From Yuukianura sp. NJ FZ-2021 (Eukaryota): 64,000 nucleotides of DNA. The stretch covers positions 14,322,001-14,386,000 of the forward strand of contig CM102285.1 of NCBI GenBank assembly GCA_046563655.1. Direction: 5' to 3'. The position numbers and the translations under genes were made by a program. Below, in pieces: positions 50,951-62,588 of this stretch. Positions within the stretch are counted from its first letter, which is position 1, and each line of letters begins with the position of its first letter. A model generated the notes under the pieces. It was not told the DNA's origin. It did no database searches and saw nothing but the letters and a program-made list of their open reading frames with translations.

Positions 50951-51704
50951 ATGAAGTTGGCGTTTCTCGCACTGGTGACCGTTTCTCTCTACTCAACAAC
51001 GTTCCCAATGGTAATCAGACCAGCGAAATGTAAGAAACGCAATTTTTTGAGTTCTTTTTTTTCAAGAATTAAAAAAAAACATCTGGAAAATTTTCGTTAT
51101 TCATTGTCCAAGCATTCTAACAACGAAAACATTTTGTTGTTTTTAATAAGGCAAAGAAATGAAAATCCACGACGTGAGGGTGGAAGGGTGCACGGCTGAG
51201 CCATGTAAAATTATGAAGGGTACAAACGTGCCCATTGAAGTGGACTTCGAATTTCAAAAACCAAAAGTAGCCTCCAGCATTTGGCTTTCAGTCACGGTCA
51301 GGGGATGGGCACTGAAAAGTTATAGGCAAGGCAGCGAAGGAATAGAAGTCTCGACTCAAGAAGACGACTGCAAAAGACTGAAAATTTCACAATGTCCGGC
51401 AACATCAGGCGTAAAACATACGCTAAAGTCAGCAATTCACATCGACCCGGACGCCAAGGATGCAAAAACGTCAAGCCAAGCGGTAATTCTTTGATATTTT
51501 AATTCTTTTTTGTTTTACTTTTTTTATATTTAAATTGTAATCTGTTAATTAATTCTCACCATCAGTAATAAGAACAACATAAAGAAGAAATTTTTATTTT
51601 AGGGGGAAGGAGAAGCAGCAGTTGAAGTCATCACTGTGGTGGACGACAATCAAATACCCTCATCTTGTTCTTTCCCATTGATGTTACAAATTGTATCAAA
51701 ATAA
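50951..51704 (+). CDS. NPC2/ML protein, copy 2 (inside the CAP array)
   Basis: Same 3-exon structure; VRVEGCTAEPCKIMKGTNVPIEVDF...DDCKRLKISQCP...SSCSFPL. Confidence 0.82.
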
Positions 51705-51846
51705 ACGGTTTAGTTTACGAACGAGGATTCGTAAAATGTTCATCTCCGCCTAACCTTGTTTTCACTCTACGTGTTTTAATTCCAAAGCGTTTCTTTTCTG
51801 ACTTTTAGCAACGGTGACTTCGTGCCCAATACTCTGAAAATATTTA

Positions 51847-52400
51847 CCGTAAATCTTCTAATGCAAGCGCGCACTCTAATAGAAGCGCAGACTCTAATGC
51901 AGGCGTGGTTCCGAAGAGTGAAAATGAGATATAAGCGAGGTATATATTTAAGTTAAATTTAGAAGTGAATTCTCCGATTCTAGATTAACATCCTGTCACT
52001 ACCTGTTGGTCTCTAAATCCAACAGTAAACAATACTAAGCTAAGATGAAGTTTTAAATGGGAAACTACAGTTTGTCTCTTCTTAGAAGGCACTTTTTGTT
52101 TTCGTCGTTGTTTCGCTTCCATTGCGACGCTTATGGAAAAACTCAGTTTTTCAAAAACACTTTCTCCGTTAAGGTTTCTACACAAAATTTCAAAATATTG
52201 ATAATTTCTATGTTAACGTTCCATAAGGCAACTGGAATTGTTTTCAAATTTGAAAAGTGCCTTTTAAAAAGAGACAGATCGTTTGAGCTTAGCTTTAAGT
52301 TACAAGTGATCGAATATTCTTCCACATGTACTAACGGACACTTTGGCATAGTACAACGGAAACACTTGAGCTGGGTTAAACAAACGATAAAGTATACGTA
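51847..52400 (+). mobile_element. Truncated second member of the pogo family seen at 39230
   Basis: Left TIR TA|CCGTAAATCTTCTAATGCAAGCGCG, subterminal repeats, and KRDRSFELSFKLQVIEYSS...RKHLSWVKQ homologous to the Brinker-like DBD at about 39450. Confidence 0.75.
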
Positions 52401-52863
52401 ACGGTCATCTCAAATTTAATTAATCATATGATTATTGAATCGGATATTTACTTTTTTTATCATCTTTGTCAAAACTGGTTGAGTTTATTAATGCACGAAG
52501 AAAATAACCTAAACAGTGAGCGGCATTAGTGAAAAGGTCAAACCATAGACACTTTTAAATGTTTTTAAACACTCGGGAAAATGTTTCTGAAATCCTAGGG
52601 AAAATCCAGAAAACCTTAGTTTTCTGGACGAACTGTACTGTTTTCGTCACCTACTTGTCCGATGTTTTGATTATCAGCGTGTGCTAATGCGAAAAGTTTT
52701 TTAAGCGCCTAACCAATCATACAGGAGATGCATCTGAAGATTGGGTCAAAGTTCCCGAAATTCTTGTTTACAATTTACTATGACGTCACTAAGAGTTGGG
52801 GTGACTTGAGAATTGAGTCTCAGAAGTGGCTCATCTACTTCGCCATCAAGGTTGGTAAACAAG

Positions 52864-53095
52864 CAGATTGTTGATTGCTACAAGAGGTTATTCATTAACT
52901 CGACGTTTTTTAATTTTGTTAAATAATTTGCAAAACTTGCTTCACCGTGCCTTACTATGGTAATGATTTGTATGTAATGTAACGGAATTGGTTCAAAATT
53001 TTGTTCAAAAATTTTGTTTTTGTTCAAAAAAAGTTGTTTTCACGCAATTTTTAAACCTCGGAGGTATTGAATAACCTCTTGTAGCAATTCAATCG
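52864..53095. repeat. Inverted repeat element (MITE-like) with arms of about 50 bp
   Basis: ATTGCTACAAGAGGTTATTCA at 52874 and TGAATAACCTCTTGTAGCAAT at 53068, with weaker extension on both sides. Confidence 0.7.
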
Positions 53096-53715
53096 GTTGC
53101 TATAGCATACCTATCTATAAATATGTATGCTATCGCCATACATATTTAGAAAAACCCGCGAAGGAGCCTCAAATTTGAAATCCAACGCAGTGATTCGCGA
53201 GTTAGCATGAGTTGTGCAAAATTTCAATCGTAAAGAATCCACCCGTCCGGGTTTTACCAAGGCAACTAAACAAAAAGACACACGCGCTTCAGTCGCCATC
53301 CAACCCATTTCCGATTTCGCAAAACCCATGAGTCAACAAGTGGAGCAGTTCATGAGGAGATCTGCTGGAAATTGACCGAAGTTAGCATTGAAGAAAGGAC
53401 TGAAGAATCAAATTGAATAACAAAGTTTAACTTACCAAGATGTTAACAAGATGACATGGGTCACCAACCAGCCATTTCTATCAATCGGCCTTGGTGGGGC
53501 AACCGCCTTATTTGGGTGGCTCGGATATAAGACTTGTGATTACAACAATAAAGGACTTCCAATAACTTTTAACGGAAATGGTGAAAATAATGGAAATAAT
53601 ATTATGAAGTGTTTCAAAATGTAATGTCTAGTGGACGAATTGAATAATGTAAAGATATTCTTATTCTTATTTTATTTATAATTTTTGTAATTATTTTTGG
53701 GCGGAACATTCACTT

Positions 53716-53878
53716 GCGCGCAATCTCTAATCTTCGTCTCTTTTTTGAAAAGAGAGCTGTCAAAAAAGAACTTCCCTCCTTTTGCGGGAGAGGAATGGAG
53801 AAGTGAGTAGCTTTTTTTTTCTTATGGGAAAAAAGCACATGGCGACGTGCAGGTGTTTTTGCGGTTTCTTATTTGATC
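53716..53878. mobile_element. Solo, more diverged right arm of the foldback MITE at 49976
   Basis: ...GTGAGTAGCTTTTTTTTTCTTATGGGAAAAAAGCACATGGCGACGTGCAGGTGTTTTTGCGGTTTCTTATTTGATCT. Confidence 0.85.
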
Positions 53879-54239
53879 TTTGGTTTTCTAACATTGGCCT
53901 TGAATCATGGCCCATGATTTGTCGGCGCACGATCAATTGAAGAATTAATTGAACAATGGATACTTATGAGTTGTTGATTGTTACATCTCTGAGCCGAAAG
54001 CGCGGGGTTCGTTATTACTGTAGAATAGCATTTATTCTTAGTCGCTATTGGTTACAAAATAAAAATTCTCATTCTTTGAGTGGAATTCACAGTGTTAATT
54101 ACTATCTTAATTAACAAATCTTACCACGGCGTGGGCGTGACTGCCAAAAGCAAATTTCAGATTCTCACGTTACGCCAAGAAATTCAGATATATTTTTAAT
54201 ACCGAAAATCGCAGCGCCGCTTGGTCGAATTTGTTCCCA

Positions 54240-55377
54240 ATGGGCTTCACTTATAGTGTTATGTTGGTGGGAACATGTTTCATCAATATACTTCTTTTTG
54301 TTTCACCAACAGTATCTGCTCCACCTTGCATATACCGAAATGGACAAGCTATGGTTAGTTTTGAAAAACTATAGGAAATGTTACTAAAAAGATATAGACC
54401 TGTGTTAGAAAATTCAAAAATTGTGTGACATTTTTTATCAGGAGGCGCCATTTCCTAATGATGGTACAGATAGAATCGCGTGGGGAATGGAAGCGATTGC
54501 AAGGCATAAGGAGTTACGCACAAAGCATAACATTACTGGTTAGAAAAAAACACAAAAATAACTTGTTTTTTAATAAGACCATTTCAAATTATTGCAATAT
54601 TTCTGTAACATTTAAGGCCTTCCTGATATCGTGTTCAATGCCTCGGTGAGTTTAAGAATTGAAGGCTGATCCCGGTTAATCGTGTTATGTCTCAAAATGA
54701 CGATACCTAAGTGGCCGAAGCTAAGGCGTTTTTTTTTAGACTAAAAGTCGATAGTTTTGAGACTAAGAATCGATTATTTTCAGATGTGCGGAGCTGCTCA
54801 ATGGGTATCAGATAAGTATGCACGTCCAGGAGAACTGGACGCCCGTGCGACTGAAATAGGTTCTACTAGCATGCAATGTACAAATTTTGTATGCAAGAAA
54901 TCACCAACACGAAAAATCGAATCCGCGAGTAAAATCACGTACTGTTTTCTGGGCAAACTGGTCAAAACACAAGAAGTAATAGCCGTCTTAACAGGTCAGC
55001 TTGTCAGTTTGAGAAATTTGTGTTATCTGTTCCGTAATGTCAAGAAGAATTGTTTGAAATATCTTTGTTATCTTTTCTAGCTGCGAGGGAAATGTGTATC
55101 ACCTACACATTTAATGGATCGAAAACCGTTTACTATAGTGTTCTCTACTTTCCACCACCACCAAGTCCGTTGTGGAAAAAATGTTTTTGTTTGAAAACCT
55201 TAATCCTTATATCGTTTTTAAGTAGGGCCTCATGATCCTGGTGCTGTTAATCCAGAAGGTGATGATGGGGACTATCCGACACCAACTCCTCGTTCACGCG
55301 CAACTGCATCTCCACCACCAAGTGAACATCGACAACAACCTTCGGTACCTGTTCTAGGTTATTCTTTTATTGTTTAG
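54240..55377 (+). CDS. Divergent CAP-derived secreted protein D: single domain plus tail
   Basis: Six exons: MGFTYSVMLVGTCFINILLFVSPTVSAPPCIYRNGQAM|EAPFPNDGTDRIAWG...|GLPDIVFNAS|MCGAAQWV...|AAREMCITY...|...VLGYSFIV*. Confidence 0.78.
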
Positions 55378-55979
55378 GCTAGTGTACTGGCTATGTTGTG
55401 TTAGGTTGATATGATGCGGGGGAATTGGGATACGGTACGGTGAGGAAGCGTAATTTAATTTTAAATTGAAAGTTTTTAAAAATTTCAAAAGCCAATCTTT
55501 CAGTTGAAATTTAAATAACAATTTCCACTTTTGCGGTCTTATGCTGCACAATTTCCACTTTTGTGTTTTTGATATAATTTTACATCGAAAATATTTAATT
55601 TGGGACACATTCTAGGCCAACTAAATGTCACTTTGCAAAGCCACCTACTTCTGGAATTTTTACAACTAATTCTAGACATACCAATCGATTTTATGGCAAA
55701 ATTTCATAAGTAGGTGCCTTTGCAAACATGAGATATTCCCGGGCCAAAATCACCCAAAAACCCGAAAATAGCCTTTGTTGCCCGGAGAAAGAACCTAATA
55801 AATTTAAAAACAAACAAATAAAATTTTGATTCCGTTCCTATTTTGAACAGAACGTTCCTGTTTATGTTTGTTTGTGCGTGCATCCATCAGTTTTTACCGC
55901 CGTTTTGTAGCTTTTGCAACCCACTTTTACTTGTTTGTAGAAATTATAATCTATTACCATCGTTCCAAGTAAGTAGAGA

Positions 55980-58900
55980 ATGACTACAACCGTACCGCCG
56001 GTAGATGAGCCAGTACAATTCCAGTTTCAATTGGATCAGGATGACGTTTGTAACATTTATGCCCAATGGAAAAGCTCCTCTGGACAGTTCCTTATCTCAG
56101 GCTACGAAGGCATTCCGCAGAATTTGGTTCTCAACATCATCTTTGCATTGGTAAACTAGTTCTCAAATTCACAATTAAATTAACTAATTAAAGGTGAAGT
56201 TAAATTTTGCAAAACGTTTTTGCAGGCGGTAGTTTTTGGATTTTGTTTTGCTCGTCGACTTCTCTGGAACTACGGTCGAATCGCTATAGTTGAAAGGAAC
56301 TTACCAAAGTATGAATTTGATCTTGTTCTGTTTTGGAATTTTCGAAATTCAAGTACACAATTTTAAATTTTGACTTTTTCCAGAAGAGCGAAAGTTTCTT
56401 TGTCAGAAGAGTATCTTCTTCCAGAAGAAGACGACGCCTGTGACGCCTCGAGTTGCAAAGAACACGAATTTGAGGAAGAACCGACAACCAAAATCGAAGA
56501 CGATCCGCGATATGACGACAAGAAAATTGGCGATACTGGGCTCTTCAGTTGGATTCGAATTACTTTTACGTTGAAGTAAGTTTTGGCGCCAAATTCTGGA
56601 CAACATTGTCAAAATTTCCAAATTTCATTGTTGATTTCAGTGAAGACTTCATCTACGCGAAGTGTGGAGCCGACGCAGTGCTGTACTTGCGGTATCAGCG
56701 TCATCTCATCTTCCTCTGCAGTATCATCTGCTTCTGCTCTCTGTCCATTGTTCTGCCAATCCACGTCTATGGCGGTCAGTTGCGCTATCAAAACTCGCTG
56801 AATCCGAATAACATCACGTATCAAACTTACACCTTCGCTGAAACGACGCTGGCAAATCTTTCTCCAAAGTAAAAACCTTATACACGTTTTTGAATTCAAA
56901 ATTTTGAAAAACATGAACTTAACCTTTACCTCAAAATGTTTTTGTATATTTTTAGTTCTCTGCTCGTCTGGGTCCATATAATCTTGGCCTTTGTGTACTT
57001 CTACATAAGCGTCATCGTGATGAATCACTTCAAGCGTTCCTTACGACCAGAGTCGAGTGAAGATGAATTGTCGCATCGTACGGTCATGATCGTCGGAATT
57101 CAGCGTCGGATGTGTCACACGGAAAAAATCCTGGCACATATCAAGTAAATACGGAAATTATCAAAAAAATCAAATTTCTGTACTCAAAATTTGAAAAAAA
57201 GTTGTTACTGACCTTTGACCTTTTCCATTTCAAGTGAAATTTATCCCAATTGTTACGTGAGAGAATGCACTTTTGCCTATGAAACATCAACGCTGGAAAA
57301 TCTGGAATATTACAAGTAAGTTATCTGTAAACATATTTCAATTTTTGTTAAAAAAAATACAATTTTTTGAAAAGGTCAAAGGTCAAACTGTCAAAGTTCA
57401 ACTGTGTTTCAGGGAAAGCATGATCAGGACAATGAGAAACTTAGAAGAAATTTACGCTGGGACAAGAAGAAATCGTCAGATTTGTGGAAAGTCCAGACTC
57501 GTCATGGCATTTTGTTGGTGGCTCTTTTTCACCAAAAAAGTAACACGTTGACCTTTGAGCTTAGCGTTTGACCTTTGACTTAATACCACCAGTATTTGAA
57601 ATATTTTGTATTAGGTTGATGCATTGGATTACTACATCGGAGAAGTTCGGAACTGTAAAAAACTTACCGACTACGAACGAGCGAGGACACTCGGGCGCCC
57701 TCTTGGGATTTGCTTCGTGACATTCCAAACTGCCTACTCAGCTGAGCGCATGATCAAAGACTACAGTTTTATTAGACGTTTGATTGACCGCCTCATTACC
57801 ACTCTGAGTCCATTTGTGCTGGATCGAACTCCGCAGTCACGATATGGTCGCAAGATGAGAGCCAGTGAGTGGTCAGTGTTCCATGCTCCGTCGGTCACGA
57901 ACATCAACTGGGCCAACTACGGTCTCAGCCTGTTTCCATGGTATCTCAAAGCAATCATGGTCAACTTCACAGTGATTCTCCTCGCTCTGTTCTTCTCTAC
58001 TCCGATTATCCTAATCAAAACAATCAATTACTACATACAAATCAAGGAATCAGGCAATCAAGCAACTACTGCTGACAAGAATACTAAACATGCTGGATTT
58101 GTAAGTTTAATGCAAACAGCATTTCCAGCATTTTCAAAACAAGTCCAGCATTTGCAATATTTCTTTGTTGTAATTCAAGTCTATCGGAGCAGTGTTGTAT
58201 GAACTTGTGCCGACGTTGCTGATTTGGGTAGCAGCGACGACGTTGCCCTCTCTCGTGTCCGTGTCAGATCGTCTCGTTGGATTCTGGACAAAAACTGCCG
58301 AAAATCGGTCACGGTTGATCAAAACTTATTCGTTTCTGGTCACCATGGTCGTCATTCTTCCCTCCCTCGGCCTATCAAGGTAAAGCAATTGTAATGATTT
58401 TTTCGGTTGGGTAAATCTAGGTATTTGGATGCATTTGTATTCAAATCTAGTATTTGGATTAGGATACAAATGCAACGGTGGTGGTTACAACGGATGCACC
58501 TTAAGGTTACGTTAACCATGTTTAAAACAAAACGTTCTTTTTTGACAGTATTTTGTACTTTGTTGGAACCAACCGTGTGAAGTGGGAGTGCATCTACTCG
58601 TCTTCCAATGCCGCCTTCTACCTCAACTACATCACGACATCCTGTTTCCTTGGCACGACCACCGAACTGTGGCGCTTTCCAGAACTTTTTTACATCTTGT
58701 GCAAGCACCTATGCAAAAAATCTTCTTACGAGAATCCCGGAATCCGAACAGACACAATATGGGAGTTCCAGATTGGATCCGAGTATGCCTGGATGCTGCT
58801 AGTTTTTACTTTATCTTCCGTCTTCAGTCTCATTTCGCCCCTGATTACTCCCATGGGAGTCATCTACATGATCATCAAGTACTACGTGGACAAGTACAAC

Positions 58901-59734
58901 ATCTTCTTTGCCTATGCCAAATGCAAAGTAGATAACTCCGTTCATACCACCGCAGTCAACATTGTCATCTTCTCCATGTTTCTCCTTGTGGTCATCATGT
59001 TCGTGTTTACCAACATTGCTTCAGTAGATCCAGCCTCTGGACATGGCATTAAGACCGTCGGGATCCAGTCATTTGCTTCTAAAATTCTAGTGGTGGCTCT
59101 TGTTATCATCATGTTTGGAATGTACGTTGACCTGGAAGGAACCCTGGGCACGGTCATCTTTGAGCCCAAGGAAGACTTACCGTCACATCGGTCCAGAGAT
59201 GCTGAAGAGGCTGCTTCGTCGTCACCCGGCCCAAGAGAGCACCGCTACTCCAAAAAATACAAGAGTAAGAAGGGGATCAAGGCCGAATTTGACGAAAAGT
59301 TTTACTACAGAGCAGTGCCAAGAATTCCGATCTTACCGCAGCATCGCTACTTTGCTCCACTCCTGCGTCAAGACTTTCCGTTTGTCCAGCGACCACTGCC
59401 GTCCCGATCACTTCCAGGAACGACACAAGAACTGCTGCATTACGCTGAACTGTCGCTGCATCACAAACCGCTGTTTGATTTTCTTATTCATGCAATTGAA
59501 GAGAGAAAGCTTCTGAAACAAGCTGAGGAGGCTGAAACGCAAGAACCTCAACCAACATTACGGAGATCGGTCAAACAACAACGGTCTGAGAAAAAAGTGA
59601 CGTTCAATCGGGTGGTCCAATCACGGCGTCTCCCGCCTCTCAGTCCACGGCGAGATACAAATGCTGGACAAGCTCAAGCTGGAACGTCAAAAACTTGGGC
59701 CGACAAGTTAGGTTTGACGAAAAAGGCAAAGTAA
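55980..59734 (+). CDS. TMEM63: TMEM63/OSCA/CSC1-family mechanosensitive cation channel
   Basis: GYEGIPQNLVLN...RRLLWNYGRIA; FSWI...KCGADAVLYLRYQRHLI; IVLPIH; TFAETTLANL; RPLGICFVTF; WSVFHAPSVTNINWAN; LFFSTP; VVILPSLGL; AFYLNYITTS; FQIGSEYAWMLLVF; PLITPMGVIYMIIKYYVDKYN. Confidence 0.92.
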
Positions 59735-60219
59735 AAAAAATTCAGTATAGATAACTTAAACTTACTAGGATCTTACTACTATGTAGATTTTTACGTTAAG
59801 TATTTCATAAAATATTTTTCGAAAAAAAAATTTAAAACGTTTTCGAAAAAAATTGTTCGTTGATTTAACTGGTTTTACGTCCAACTGTACATACATCTAA
59901 ATGAGTTCAACACACTCGAATTGGTGTAATAAGTAATAACAAACTTACTTTTCTCTGCTTACTTAAGTAGCGTAAAGCTAATATTTAAGGCCCCATCGTG
60001 TATAAGAAATTCATATTTTCCAGGAAGTTCTTCCAATTAATAAAAATGGCTTTCGCTTTCATGCGTCATTCGATATGCCGCTTATTGAGAACAAAAGGAA
60101 TTTAATTGAGGGTTAATTGAGCTGAAATTAACCTTCAGTCAAATTAATTTAGTATCATGAGGGTATAAAATCCCATGACTGTTCAAACTTAAAATGATTG
60201 AAAAAGAAAACCTGCAAAA

Positions 60220-60964
60220 ATGAAGTCGGCGTTGCTCGCACTGGTGACGGTTTCTCTCTGGTCAAGAACATCCTCACTGGCAATCAAATCAGAATCAGCG
60301 AATTGTAAGAACAGCAAGTTTCTAAAGAATTCATTTTTTGCAAGAATAAAAAAAATGCTAGAAAATATTCCAAGTGCTTGAATTCTAAGTTAGAATCTAA
60401 ATTAGAATTTCTAACAAAGAAAGCATTTGTTGTTGTCAAAAGGCACAGACATGAAAATCCATGACATGAGGGTTGACGGGTGCACGGCTGAGCCATGTAA
60501 AATTGTGAAGAGTAAACTTGTGTCCATTGCAGTGGACTTCGAATTTCACAAACCAAAAGTAGGCCCGGCCATTGCATTTTTTTCAAAGCTCAAGGAATGG
60601 GAACATGCTGATGGTTCTACAGGCCCAGATGGATTATTATTAGACTCCTGGTATGGATCTGACTGCGAAGTGTTGCGTATTTCACCATGTCCGGCAACAT
60701 CAGGCGTTAAACTTACGCTAAAGTCGTTCATTATGCTCGACTATCAAACCTGGAATAAAAAACTGAGACGCGAAACGGTAATTTGATATTTCAACTGCAC
60801 ATGGGATTGTGTTTCTTAGTTTTCACAGTCAGTGATAACATGATGAATGAGTTTTATTTCAGGGGGAAGCAGAATTAGAAATTGAAATCATGACTTTGGA
60901 GACGGACAGCAAGAAAGTACTCTCATCTTGTTCTTTCTCATTAGTCGTATTTGTATTAGGTTAA
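60220..60964 (+). CDS. NPC2/ML protein, copy 3
   Basis: Same 3-exon structure; MRVDGCTAEPCKIVKSKLVSIAVDF...SDCEVLRISPCP...SSCSFSL. Confidence 0.82.
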
Positions 60965-61165
60965 CACTAAAACGCATTTGATCAGGAAAAAAAGTGCCTT
61001 CATTTCTAAAAAAAGAAAAGAGGTTTACTATTTCTTACGTTTTTATTTGCTCGCCGCAATGGACAGTACTGAAATGGCCTCATGTTATTTCCCATTAGTC
61101 GTATTTTTATCAGAATAAACGCTTTGATCATGAAAAAAATTGTTAGTTGATTTAATTGGTTACGT

Positions 61166-62588
61166 TCAAATGTACATCTCAATGAGTTCGTCACAGACTG
61201 CAATGGGAGTTAGAAGTCCTCTCTGTCGGTGACCAAAAGTGTGAGGTACTTCGGAGGAGTGTAATCGACTCTGACCTTGCCGTCATTACCAAACTAAAAT
61301 TTCAAAAAATGATCATTTCAAAATTTTAATTTCGAAAATTTTGAAGTTTTGAATAGCTACTGGACTTACGCGAAATTCACTAGGAATGTCACTTTGGTTG
61401 AGAGGATAGAGAAGAGAGAATTTGAAACTTTCAGCAAAAACGTACATGGGTTTGTTCATTTCCTTTGCACAAATTGCGAGACTCAAAGTTCCCACTTTGT
61501 TGATAATCCCGCCATTTTTTACCACTGCTTCTGCGCCGACCAGAACCAAGTCAATAGTTTCCATGATGGATGCTGCTTCAGAGTCGTAGATCAGTTCGCA
61601 CTTTATGTTCTGGTTTTCAGATAAAAGTTCCCTAAATTCAAAATTTTGAAGTTGGAATTATGACTCATAATTTATGGGATTTGGTGTAAGATTGACGAAT
61701 CCTGGAGGACGACTTACTTGCACTCCTGAGCACGAGCGATTCCATCTGGATCTGAACTGGTTATGAAAACTTGGAACTGGATGTTCTCTGGAACCGCTTT
61801 TAATACTGCCAGCACCACTCGAGAGTCAGCATGGACAAGTAATTTCTGTAAAAACACATAAAAGCATAAGTGTGAAGCATTTGAAAAATTCGAGTTGTGA
61901 TTATGAGAAAGTGTTTACCGCTCCGTCGAAGATAAACGGAGTTCCTCTCCTTGTGATCTTGCCAATTGAAGTCTCACATCGTTTTAGATACTTGCCACCT
62001 TCCAGTTCGATTCTCTTTTTACAAGTTGCCATATCCTGAATCAAACAAAATGTGAATTTAACATTGTAGATTGAAGACTGAGAATTACACATGAGATTGT
62101 AAATGAATAAAGAAAACCTCGGACTCGATCGTTGCGAGATTCAAAGTGGCGAATCTAATGAATTGGTCTGACGCAGATACGACTGCAAGCTTGCACTTTC
62201 CGGCACCCTTCCTCAAAATATCTACGGTTTCTTTCAGTTCCTGTGCCAGATAGTTGACAGTTGATCCTGAGCAAAATTTAAAAGTAACTCACAATTTATG
62301 CAATTGGACATCCGAAACAGAAATCGGTAAGGAAACTCTACCTTCTGAAATTCCAATAAAATATATTAGGGTTCTGATGGCGGAAATTGCTGGAGACTGA
62401 GTTTTGTACTGGTTTTTGAATTCTTCGAATTTCTTCAACACGACTTCAACCCGTTCATCTAAATCAAGAAAATACAATGCACAATGAAGCAAATAGCCAA
62501 TGTTCGTATATTAGTTTTACAGTCGAGCAGTAGTTTGGTATTCGTTAGCAAATACAATCCATGAAAACCACTTACCGGTGCCACCCAT
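61166..62588 (-). CDS. eIF2B1: Translation initiation factor eIF2B subunit alpha
   Basis: SPAISAIRTL; FIRFATL; ILVHADSRVV; DLVLVGAEAVVKNGGIINKVGT...[58 protein letters not shown]. Confidence 0.93.

Noticed and set aside
53111..53580. Minus-strand ORF ending ITALDFKFEAPSRVFLNMYGDSIHIY (faintly WD40-like) with a nearby GT-AG intron-like segment
   Set aside because: The frames I tried across the putative intron hit stops and it lies among transposon debris; at most an unidentifiable pseudogene fragment.
58431..58473. Small hairpin or possible cassette exon in a TMEM63 intron
   Set aside because: The flanking exons join in frame without it, and the 17-bp imperfect stem is too short to call.
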